64,000 nucleotides of DNA from an uncultured Desulfobacter sp. (GTDB lineage: Bacteria > Desulfobacterota > Desulfobacteria > Desulfobacterales > Desulfobacteraceae), in assembly GCA_963665095.1 (NCBI GenBank), contig OY762069.1, forward strand, positions 1,376,001 to 1,440,000, given 5' to 3'. Positions 29,178 to 38,190 of this stretch are shown in pieces; the first letter of the stretch is position 1; every line of letters starts with the position of its first letter. The translations under genes and the position numbers were made by a program. The notes beneath the pieces are model-generated. The model made no database searches. It worked only from the letters and a program-made list of their open reading frames with translations, and was not told the origin of the DNA.

Positions 29178-31814
29178 TTAGAAAAATGCACCAATGGAAA
29201 AGTCAAACTGACTGTCTCCAGGATCTTTAACATCTTTGCCATCTATGACAAATCCATAGGCCAGGCGAATGGGGCCCATGGGAGAGTTCCATCGCAGCTC
29301 AAACCCGGCACTTGAATACATATCACCGAGGTCAACGTCATCTCCATCCACATAGACATCGCCCCTGTCATAGAAAAATACCCCGTAAACCCCCTGCTCC
29401 TTGGCTATGGGAAATATCAGCTCAACATTGAACTGCAGGTATTTATCGCCGCCCACCTCTAAACTTGACCCGTCCCGGGTACCGTTAATATCTGTGTCAT
29501 CAAACCCGCGGATGGATTTGATACCCCCAAGATAAAAGCGCTCCCAGTCTATATCCGGATCACCTCCGGTTCTGTCATCAAGATACCCGCCCTTGCCGTA
29601 AATGCCGCCTGAAAAGTTCCAGAAAAGAGGAAAGAAAAAGGCGGATTCCATAAGGTATTTGGTGAAATCAATTTCTCCGCCCAGGAACTCTCCGGCATAT
29701 TCAACAGAGAGTTTATGTGACATACCGCTGGTGGGCAGAAAGCTGTGGTTCCTTGAGTCATAGCTGATATATGGCGTAATACTTGAAGTCAGATAGTCGC
29801 CTGCCGTCACCGAAGTATAATCCTCTTCAACATCTTTGATCTCAAATTTTTCTATGTTATAGATAATTCCAATGGCTGTATAGTCAAAAAATTTGCGGTA
29901 GGCCCCTTTCAGGGTCAGGCCGATAGCATCTTTTTCATAGTAATCATACTCATTTTCAAACTTATAAATATCAAAGCCGGCTGAGATGGGTTTGTCAAAA
30001 AGCCAGGGCTCGGTGAAGCCAATATTGTAAAGGGCATTGGACCCGGACATGCGGATGGTGAACTTGCCTGTCTGCCCCCTGCCAAACAGGTTTTTCTCCT
30101 CAACAGACACCTGTCCGAATACACCGTCATCACTGGAAAAACCGCCGCCAAGGGAAAAATTGCCTGTGGATTTCTCCTCCACGGTCACCAGAACATCACG
30201 TTTGTCAGGGTCTTTTGTTTCCACAGGTTTAATATCAACGTTCTGGAAATAATCCTTAAAACCCAAGTTTCTGTAGGAGCGTTGAATTTTTTTCATGGAG
30301 TACAGCCCCTGCTCTTCAATGGCGAGCTCCCTTCTGATCACTTTATCCCTGGTCTTTGAGTTGCCTCTGATAAGAATCCGGTTAAAATAGACAATGCTGC
30401 CTTTTTCAATATCAAAATTAATATTTACGATTTTTTTGTCCGCATCCTTGTCAATCTTAGGAGTTACCTTGACATTGGCATATCCCTGGTTGGCATAAAA
30501 ATCATTTAGGCCAATCATATCCTGCCTGACAAGCTCCCTGTTATACAACTCTGATTTCTGGGAAACCAGTTTGGCCAGCAGGTCTTCTCTTGTGGTTAGA
30601 ATATCGCCTGTTATACTGACAATACCGTTGGTGTACTGGTCTCCCTCATCGATTTTAAAGCTGACGGTGATTTTATCTTTGCCGAGGTTGACGTCAGGGT
30701 CTGACACCTTGACATTGATAAACCCGTTATTTTTATATAAAGCCTCGATGCGAAGCACATCATTGTTCAGTTCGGTTTCATCCAGGTCACCGGAAGAGGT
30801 AATAAAAGACCAAAACCCTTTTTCCCGGGTCTGCATTTCATCTTTGATATCCTCATCATCAAAATAGTGATTTCCTTCAAAAGTAATGGAGGTGATTTTA
30901 ACTTTATCTCCCTCCTCAATGGTAAATACAATATCTGCCTGACGGTTTTTCAGCGCTTTGATTTTATATGAAATCTGGCAGTTATGGTAATTTTTTTCAT
31001 AGTAAAGACGTTTCAGCTTTTCTATATCATTGTTGAGTTTGTATATATTTAAAATAGATCCGGTACTGGTTTCCACTACTTCAAACAACTCGTCCGTATC
31101 ATATACATTGTTGTTTTCGAAACGGATATTTCGAACACTGGGCTTTTCCTCTATTTCAAAAATGATTTCAACCCCTTTGTCCAGATTTTTCTTTTTCACC
31201 ACAACATCGTCAAAGTATCCCATTTTATAGATGCTGTTCAAATCATTGCTCAGTGTACCGGGATTAAGAATATCTCCGGTTTTAGACGAAATAACCTTTA
31301 AAATAGCCTCTCCATCCACACGCATATTACCTTTGACGGTGATGGATGAAATAATTTTTTGTTCGAACAGTTCTCCGATAATATCTTTTTCCAGAGAGGC
31401 AACCGCCACATACATTTCTGCCATACTGGAAGACTGTGCAAAAAAGGTCAAAGGCGGCTTATTTTCATACACGTTGTGCATCTGGGTATCAATGCTTACC
31501 CCCTGCCCTGCGATAAACAGCTGTCCTGTAATAATCCAGTCAACCCCTAAACGGATACCTTCCTGACGAAACTGACCGTATCCCCAGTGCGTCGTGTCAA
31601 CAAAGGTTTTGGTCTGCACCACTTTGGCACCGTCTTTTTCAAGTTTTTCTTTGAGCCTTATGGCCAGTGCAGAGACAATTTTATCATTGGGCTGTTCTGC
31701 CTGAACATGGAAAGGAAACAGCGCCACTGTGGGCTGTTCATCTGCAAATAATAGATGGGTCCCGAAAAGACAATAAACCATTGCCACTAATAAACAGCAT
31801 TTAATTTTCTTCAT
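29178..31814 (-). CDS. bamA: Outer membrane protein assembly factor BamA (with extra N-terminal domain)
   Basis: POTRA repeats (GN..., GYF), NLFGRG, IRGF, SPMGP, terminal Phe. Confidence 0.95.
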   Translation of the reverse strand: MKKIKCCLLVAMVYCLFGTHLLFADEQPTVALFPFHVQAEQPNDKIVSALAIRLKEKLEKDGAKVVQTKTFVDTTHWGYGQFRQEGIRLGVDWIITGQLFIAGQGVSIDTQMHNVYENKPPLTFFAQSSSMAEMYVAVASLEKDIIGELFEQKIISSITVKGNMRVDGEAILKVISSKTGDILNPGTLSNDLNSIYKMGYFDDVVVKKKNLDKGVEIIFEIEEKPSVRNIRFENNNVYDTDELFEVVETSTGSILNIYKLNNDIEKLKRLYYEKNYHNCQISYKIKALKNRQADIVFTIEEGDKVKITSITFEGNHYFDDEDIKDEMQTREKGFWSFITSSGDLDETELNNDVLRIEALYKNNGFINVKVSDPDVNLGKDKITVSFKIDEGDQYTNGIVSITGDILTTREDLLAKLVSQKSELYNRELVRQDMIGLNDFYANQGYANVKVTPKIDKDADKKIVNINFDIEKGSIVYFNRILIRGNSKTRDKVIRRELAIEEQGLYSMKKIQRSYRNLGFKDYFQNVDIKPVETKDPDKRDVLVTVEEKSTGNFSLGGGFSSDDGVFGQVSVEEKNLFGRGQTGKFTIRMSGSNALYNIGFTEPWLFDKPISAGFDIYKFENEYDYYEKDAIGLTLKGAYRKFFDYTAIGIIYNIEKFEIKDVEEDYTSVTAGDYLTSSITPYISYDSRNHSFLPTSGMSHKLSVEYAGEFLGGEIDFTKYLMESAFFFPLFWNFSGGIYGKGGYLDDRTGGDPDIDWERFYLGGIKSIRGFDDTDINGTRDGSSLEVGGDKYLQFNVELIFPIAKEQGVYGVFFYDRGDVYVDGDDVDLGDMYSSAGFELRWNSPMGPIRLAYGFVIDGKDVKDPGDSQFDFSIGAFF

Positions 31815-31849
31815 AACTCGTTAAAAGCAATCACTTTATTAAAAATGGT

Positions 31850-32542
31850 TTAAATTTCTTGTACCGGTATGATTTTACCGTCCTTCAGACTTAGCTTCTT
31901 TTCCATCTGGTCTGCCAGATCAGAATTGTGCGTGACCACCATGATGGTCATCCCCATTTCACGGTTCAACTCTTTTAAAAGCCTGTGGACTGCCTGACTG
32001 TTTTTCTGATCCAGGTTGCCTGTGGGCTCATCGGCCAGCAGCAGATCCGGTGTCATGACCAGTGCCCTGGCAATGGCAACCCGCTGCTGTTCACCGCCTG
32101 ACAAATCTTCTACCCGGTATTCAATTCGAGACTGAAGCCCTACTCTTTCAAGCATATTTGCCGCGTGTTTTTCAATAGTTTTTTTGGATTGATTACTGAT
32201 CAGACCGGGAAGCATGACATTTTCTATGGCAGTAAAACCCTGAAGCAGATAGTGAAATTGAAAGACAAAGCCGATATTATGATTTCTGAACCGTGCAAGC
32301 TTATCATCGGTAAAAGCCAGGACATCCTTACCGCTGAATATCAGCCCCCCTTCATTTGGCTTGTCAAGGGTGCCAATGATGTTAAGAAGGGTTGACTTGC
32401 CTATGCCGGATGCACCGACAACCGCTATGGTTTCACCTTTCTGGATAGTCAGATCTGCTTTGTCCAGGATATCGATCCGGGCCGTTCTGGAGACAAAGGA
32501 ACGCGATATCCGGTCCATCTGAATCAGTGGAATATTATCCAT
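31850..32542 (-). CDS. lolD: Lipoprotein-releasing ABC transporter ATPase
   Basis: GASGIGKS, FVFQFH, LSGGEQQR, ADEPTGNLD; follows lolC/E. Confidence 0.92.
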   Translation of the reverse strand: MDNIPLIQMDRISRSFVSRTARIDILDKADLTIQKGETIAVVGASGIGKSTLLNIIGTLDKPNEGGLIFSGKDVLAFTDDKLARFRNHNIGFVFQFHYLLQGFTAIENVMLPGLISNQSKKTIEKHAANMLERVGLQSRIEYRVEDLSGGEQQRVAIARALVMTPDLLLADEPTGNLDQKNSQAVHRLLKELNREMGMTIMVVTHNSDLADQMEKKLSLKDGKIIPVQEI

Positions 32543-33758
32543 ATCTGATGGCCTCAACCGGATTCATCCGGGATGCTTTGAATGACGGATACAGGGTGGA
32601 CAGAAAACAGATCACCAGAGCTGACACAGCCGTCACCACAACATCCGAGCATTCAAGCTGCACAGGAAGGGTTGAAAAGGGATAGGCCTCGGGCAGTTTA
32701 ATAAACTCATATTTTTTAAGGATATAACAGATGCTCACGCCCAAACCAGTGCCAATTGCCGTGCCTAAAACGCCGATAATCATTCCCTTGATGATAAAAA
32801 TGCGGCGGATCATGGCGTTGGTGGCCCCCATGGCTTTAAGAACGGCAATGTCCCGGGTTTTCTCCATTACCATCATGATCAGGGCCGAAGCAATATTGAA
32901 TGCCGCTACAAGAATGATCAGGGTCAGGATTACAAACATGGCGGTTTTTTCAAGTTTGAGCGCGGAAAAAAGGCTTTGATTGATATCCATCCAGTTGCGC
33001 AGATAATAGGGGTACTTTATGAATTCAAGTCCATGTTCACTCAAGTGTCGGACATCAAAGATATGATCGGTCCAAATGCCGAATGCGGAGATTTTGTCTT
33101 TGGCCCCAACCAGAGTCTGCACCTGGTCCAGACGGGCATATGCAAGACTTGAATCATATTCAGACATCCCTGATTTAAAGGTGCCTGTAACCACAAACTG
33201 TTTCATGGAAGGAATCTGTCCCATGGGGGAGATAATCCCGGAGGCCGACATCAGGATCACCCGGTCGCCCGTCGTCACCCTGACGGACCTGGCCAGAGTC
33301 CGGCCCAGAATAATACCGGGCAGCCCCTTTGTCTCTTTTGAGCAAGCCAGATCCGTTTCCAGTTTTTCCGGGGTGTATCCCTTAATCAGGGCTGCCCCTT
33401 TTTCAGGTGAGATGCCTCTGACAATAATACCTGAAAATGAATTGGCGGTCCGGATCATGGCCTGCCCAAACAGAATGGGGGAAACGGCAATAACCCCAGG
33501 GGTCTGGCGGATCTTATTCTCCATATCACTATCCGGGGCAAAATGGCCGGAATAATTCATGGCAAGGATATGGGGTTCAAGCCCAAGAATCCTGTTGCGA
33601 AACTCAGTTTCCGATCCGCTCATCACGGCAATAACCACTACCAGTGCCATGACCCCCAGGATAACACCGGCCACGGACAGAAGCGTGATAAGCGAAATAA
33701 ACCCTTCCTTGCGTTTGGCACGCAGATATCTGCCGGCTATGAAAAGTTCAGCCCCCAA
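32535..33758 (-). CDS. lolC: Lipoprotein-releasing ABC transporter permease LolC/E
   Basis: IAGRYL, VMSG, VAAFNI, IAVLKAMGA, NPVEAIRY. Confidence 0.9.
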   Translation of the reverse strand: MGAELFIAGRYLRAKRKEGFISLITLLSVAGVILGVMALVVVIAVMSGSETEFRNRILGLEPHILAMNYSGHFAPDSDMENKIRQTPGVIAVSPILFGQAMIRTANSFSGIIVRGISPEKGAALIKGYTPEKLETDLACSKETKGLPGIILGRTLARSVRVTTGDRVILMSASGIISPMGQIPSMKQFVVTGTFKSGMSEYDSSLAYARLDQVQTLVGAKDKISAFGIWTDHIFDVRHLSEHGLEFIKYPYYLRNWMDINQSLFSALKLEKTAMFVILTLIILVAAFNIASALIMMVMEKTRDIAVLKAMGATNAMIRRIFIIKGMIIGVLGTAIGTGLGVSICYILKKYEFIKLPEAYPFSTLPVQLECSDVVVTAVSALVICFLSTLYPSFKASRMNPVEAIRYG

Positions 33759-33770
33759 AATCTCCAGGCC

Positions 33771-35249
33771 TTATGCGTTTTTCATATGGGGAAAAAGGAT
33801 CACCTCACGAATGGAGGCGGCGTCCGTCAGCAGCATGACCAGCCGGTCAATGCCGATGCCCTGGCCGGCTGTGGGCGGCATGCCGTACTCAAGGGCTTCC
33901 ACATATTCCGCATCCATGATATGGGCCTCATCATTACCCTCATCCCGCTGGCGCACCTGCATAAGAAACCGGCTGTACTGATCTTCGGGATCATTGATTT
34001 CGGAAAAGCCGTTGCCAAGCTCCCTTCCGGCAACAAAGAGCTCAAACCGGTCGGTGAGTTCCGGATCAGAGTCACTTTTTCTGGACAAAGGAGATACTTC
34101 CACCGGGTAACCGGTGATAAACGTAGGCTGGATCAGCTTGGGTTCAACAAGGGTATCAAAGAGTTTGGTAATTACCTTTCCGTGACGCTCTTTTTTCTGA
34201 ATCTGAATATCTGCTTTGGCTGCATACTCGAGCAGTGCCTGGGTATCATTGATAATTGCCGGATCAATGCCACCGATCTCAGAAAGGGAGTCAATCATGG
34301 AAATGCGCTTCCAGCCCTTTGCAAAATTGATGGTCTGACCCTGGTATTCAACACTGGTGTCTCCTGCCACCTGGGATACAATAGAAAAAAACATCTCCTC
34401 GGTCAGATCCATGAGATCTTCATAGGTGGCATAGGCCCAGTAGAATTCAACCATGGTAAACTCAGGATTGTGTCGGGTGGAAACCCCTTCGTTTCTAAAG
34501 TTTCGGTTGATCTCGAACACCTTTTCAAATCCGCCAACCACCAGGCGTTTAAGATAGAGTTCCGGGGCAATGCGCAGATATAATTCCATACCCAGGGCAT
34601 TGTGCCAGGTTTTGAAAGGCGTGGCTTCGGCACCGCCAGGCAAGGGCTGCATCATGGGTGTCTCCACTTCCATGAACCCGTGCTCATTGAAAAAATTTCT
34701 CATGGCTGCCACAATGGCGCTTCTTTTCTTGAAAATCTGCCGGGTATTGTCATTCATGATCAGATCAAGGTAGCGCTGACGGTATCTTTTTTCCGGATCC
34801 TTGATTCCGTGAAATTTTTCAGGCAACGGTCGAACTGATTTGGATAAAAGGCGAAAGCTTTGGGCAAGCAGGGTCCATTCACCGGTCCTGGTTTGAAACA
34901 AAGGGCCTTCAACCCCAATGAAGTCACCGATATCCAGCTTTTTAAACAGGGCATAGACCTCATCGCCCACCTGGTTTTTCTGAACATAGGCCTGCATCTG
35001 TTCCCCTCCGTCCTGGAACCTGACAAAAGAGGATTTGCCCATTTTATTGATGGCCATCATCCGGCCTGCCAGACGGAATTTCGGTCCATTTTCTCCAAGT
35101 GCGTCCGCCTTCTCCTCAATAATGGATTTTACCTGGGCAACAGTATGGTCCGGTTTGAAATCATTGGGGTAGAGATGAACTCCCTCGTTTTTCAGTTCAG
35201 TTATTTTTTCCCTGCGCAGATCCAGAAGTTTGCTTGTTTTGGTATCCAT
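33771..35249 (-). CDS. lysS: Lysine--tRNA ligase (class II)
   Basis: YRQRYLDL, EVETP, LRIAPELYLK, FRNEG, HNPEF, GIDRL. Confidence 0.98.
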   Translation of the reverse strand: MDTKTSKLLDLRREKITELKNEGVHLYPNDFKPDHTVAQVKSIIEEKADALGENGPKFRLAGRMMAINKMGKSSFVRFQDGGEQMQAYVQKNQVGDEVYALFKKLDIGDFIGVEGPLFQTRTGEWTLLAQSFRLLSKSVRPLPEKFHGIKDPEKRYRQRYLDLIMNDNTRQIFKKRSAIVAAMRNFFNEHGFMEVETPMMQPLPGGAEATPFKTWHNALGMELYLRIAPELYLKRLVVGGFEKVFEINRNFRNEGVSTRHNPEFTMVEFYWAYATYEDLMDLTEEMFFSIVSQVAGDTSVEYQGQTINFAKGWKRISMIDSLSEIGGIDPAIINDTQALLEYAAKADIQIQKKERHGKVITKLFDTLVEPKLIQPTFITGYPVEVSPLSRKSDSDPELTDRFELFVAGRELGNGFSEINDPEDQYSRFLMQVRQRDEGNDEAHIMDAEYVEALEYGMPPTAGQGIGIDRLVMLLTDAASIREVILFPHMKNA

Positions 35250-35397
35250 AAAAAATAATTGCTTTCATGTATGGGGAGTATGTGCTGGAAATCCAGGAAT
35301 TCAGGCCATAGTGGCTGCTTTACGATCCCGGCACTGTACACCGTGAATAAAAAACATGGTAAAATAGCTTTTTTGCCTGCCCTTGTCAATAATATGG

Positions 35398-36705
35398 TCA
35401 GGCTGTGCTTTCCCCTTTTCCCTCCCGTGATCCCGGATTCTGGAAAATCAGGGTAAAGATGGTGCCTTTTCCCGGAATTGATTCAAAATCAATCATCCCG
35501 TCATAGGCATCAACAATCCTGTGGATAATGGACAATCCAAGTCCGGTGCCGTCACTCTTTGTGGTAAAAAACGGATCAAAAATATGAGGGGCATGCCTGG
35601 TGTCAATGCCGCAGCCTGTATCCTGAATGGTCAGGTAAATGCGTTTCAGTTTTGGGGAATATAACGAAATGATAATCTTTCCTTTTCCGTCAATGGATTC
35701 TGCGGCATTTTTGACCAAATTCCACAGAATTTGATTTAAGTGGACCGGATCCATGTACACATACATATTCTTTTCAAGTCGGGTAACCAGGTTGATTCTG
35801 TCTTTCCAGGCCGGTGTATTTTCGAACAAGGTCTTTACCTCTTCAATCGCCTGGGTCAAATCCAAATATCCGGCATTGGACCTGCCTGGTTTTGAAATAA
35901 GGCGGATGTCGGTAACTATTTTTTTCAGTCGAAGGGTCTCTCGCAATATGATCTGCATCAATCTGTCATGTTCGGTATCCGGACCCATTTCATCCCTGAG
36001 CATCTGGATGGATCCGGACAGCGATGCCAGGGGATTTTTAATCTCATGGGCAATGCCTGATACCAGTTCATCCACGGCTGCCATTTTTTCCACCCGTTTT
36101 AAATGCTCCTGGGCGATTTTTAAATCCTTTCTGGCGGTTTTAAGCTGAAAGGAAAGAATGCCACTTAAGGCAGCCACGGTAAAACAGGCTGAGATGGTAA
36201 TGATAATGCGGTATAAAATCTGAGTATGGTCCACAACGGATGCCAGGGCCTGGCTGTCCGCAAAAGGAGTGATGATATTAAGATATTCCAGCTCAATGAG
36301 GGCACCATATTCAATGCTGGATGCCACAGCCACGACAAAACTTCCCCGGGCCAGCAAAAGCATGGCGGCATAAATAATAATCAGAAGATATAAAAATGTG
36401 AAAATGCTGTGAAAAGATCCCGTGACAAAAACAATGGCGGTAACAATAAATGTATCAAGAATGATTTGAAAATAGGCCAGAGCGTGCAGATGATTTTTCC
36501 CAACGAGCCAGACATAATAAACAGCCGTCAGAACCAAAATGCTGCCGGCAATTCTGTACAGGGATAGAAAAGGCAGTCCCTGAGCCCTGATTGCCTCGGA
36601 ATCTGAAAAAAAAAGGGTGGAAAAAATCAGGATCAGGGCAAACACGCCCCTTGCCAGAACAACCCATTTAATCTGGATAAAAAGTTCCCGGGTGCGCCGG
36701 GACAT
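35398..36705 (-). CDS. pilS: PilS-like membrane sensor histidine kinase (start uncertain, TTG at 36723 possible)
   Basis: About 6 TM helices, AHEIKNPL, DTGCG, GTGLGL; directly follows pilC. Confidence 0.75.
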   Translation of the reverse strand: MSRRTRELFIQIKWVVLARGVFALILIFSTLFFSDSEAIRAQGLPFLSLYRIAGSILVLTAVYYVWLVGKNHLHALAYFQIILDTFIVTAIVFVTGSFHSIFTFLYLLIIIYAAMLLLARGSFVVAVASSIEYGALIELEYLNIITPFADSQALASVVDHTQILYRIIITISACFTVAALSGILSFQLKTARKDLKIAQEHLKRVEKMAAVDELVSGIAHEIKNPLASLSGSIQMLRDEMGPDTEHDRLMQIILRETLRLKKIVTDIRLISKPGRSNAGYLDLTQAIEEVKTLFENTPAWKDRINLVTRLEKNMYVYMDPVHLNQILWNLVKNAAESIDGKGKIIISLYSPKLKRIYLTIQDTGCGIDTRHAPHIFDPFFTTKSDGTGLGLSIIHRIVDAYDGMIDFESIPGKGTIFTLIFQNPGSREGKGESTA

Positions 36706-36715
36706 AAGTTGAGGG

Positions 36716-37927
36716 CTATCCAATGGCCCCTGCCATGGAGAAGATCGGCAGGTACATGGCAATGACAAGACCACCCACCACAACACCTAAAAATACAAGC
36801 ATGAACGGTTCAATCATGTCTGTCAGATTTTTTACAGCCTGGTCCACCTCGTCATCGTAAAAATCGGCTATTTTTTCCATCATGACGTCCAGGGCACCGG
36901 TGGATTCCCCCACAGCGATCATGGAGCAGACCATGTTGGGAAATACCCCGCTCTCAAGCAGCGGATCAGCCATGGACCGCCCCTCGGCAATGCCGGATTT
37001 GACGTCGGAAATGGCAAATTCAATAATTTTATTGCCCGCAGTCTTGCCCACAATGTCCAATGCCTCAAGAATAGAGACCCCCGAAGAGATCATGGTAGAG
37101 GTCGTCCGGGTGAATTTGGCCACAGCCACTTTCCGGATCAGAATACCAATCACCGGCAGGCGCAGGAACATATCATCTATGAAAATCCTGCCATTCTTTG
37201 TCTTGTATGTACGCCGGAAGATAAACACTGCGGCTATAATGGCACCAATAATATAAACAATATATGACAACACAAAATTGCTCATGGTCACAACCATCTG
37301 GGTAGGCGCGGGAAGTGCGGAACCCATACTGGCAAACATTCTTTCAAACACAGGAATAACAAAAACCAGGATAACACCCACCACAATAACGGCCACAGCC
37401 AGCGTAATGGCCGGATAGGTCATCGCACCTTTTACCTGCTTTTTCAGCTTGGCCATTTTTTCAGCATAGGCGGAAAGGCGCTGGAGAATGACATCAAGAA
37501 TACCACCGGCCTCACCTGCGGAGATCATATTAACAAACAGCTCGGAAAAGGTTTGAGGATACTTTTTTAAAGCATCAGCAAAGGTCTCGCCGGTTTCCAC
37601 GGACTCCTTGATATGCTTGAGCTGTTTTTTAAAGGTAGGATTTTCCTGTTGGGAATAAAGAATGTCCAGACATTGCAGCAGGGGAAGGCCCGCGTCAATC
37701 ATAGTAGAGAACTGCCTGGCGAAAATAATGACATCACTCTCTTTGATTTTGGGTTGGAGGAAAGAGACATTTTCAAACAGATCTTTGGGCTTTTTCCGGA
37801 TTCTTGTGGGCGTAATCTTGCGGCGCTCCAGGCTTGTTCTTACCTGTTCCGGAGTCTCTGCCTCCATTTCTCCTTTAATTTTACGGCCTTTGGGGTTCTT
37901 TCCCTTCCACTCAAAAATGACTGCCAT
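36716..37927 (-). CDS. pilC: Type IV pilus platform protein PilC (T2SS F family)
   Basis: RQFSTMIDAG, AGEAGG, AMTYP, VGESTG, IEP, AMYLP. Confidence 0.93.
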   Translation of the reverse strand: MAVIFEWKGKNPKGRKIKGEMEAETPEQVRTSLERRKITPTRIRKKPKDLFENVSFLQPKIKESDVIIFARQFSTMIDAGLPLLQCLDILYSQQENPTFKKQLKHIKESVETGETFADALKKYPQTFSELFVNMISAGEAGGILDVILQRLSAYAEKMAKLKKQVKGAMTYPAITLAVAVIVVGVILVFVIPVFERMFASMGSALPAPTQMVVTMSNFVLSYIVYIIGAIIAAVFIFRRTYKTKNGRIFIDDMFLRLPVIGILIRKVAVAKFTRTTSTMISSGVSILEALDIVGKTAGNKIIEFAISDVKSGIAEGRSMADPLLESGVFPNMVCSMIAVGESTGALDVMMEKIADFYDDEVDQAVKNLTDMIEPFMLVFLGVVVGGLVIAMYLPIFSMAGAIG

Positions 37928-38190
37928 AATAAATCCTTCTGTTTGTATTTAAGGGGGCCAGCAATATCCGGACAGGCATCTTAAAGGAATGGCCCTGTCC
38001 TGCCGGGTGTTTTCCTGATTGGAACAGGTTGTTGACATTTATTAACAAGTAGGTACACAGGCAAAGTTTAATCCAGTAATAATCAGAATTTTACGATGTG
38101 AAACCGTCCTCAGGCATTTCCGGATCGTTGTAAAATAAAAGTTAATATACTATATAAATTTCAAAAGGTCTTTTCAACAGGAGTTATTAG

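Noticed and set aside
33543..34583. 346-aa plus-strand ORF and the many other antisense or overlapping ORFs in the track
   Set aside because: They are shadows of well-conserved genes on the opposite strand or frame and show no recognisable motifs
37928..38190. c-di-GMP-I riboswitch upstream of pilC
   Set aside because: GGCAAA is on the wrong strand and the GACGCAAAGC core is absent
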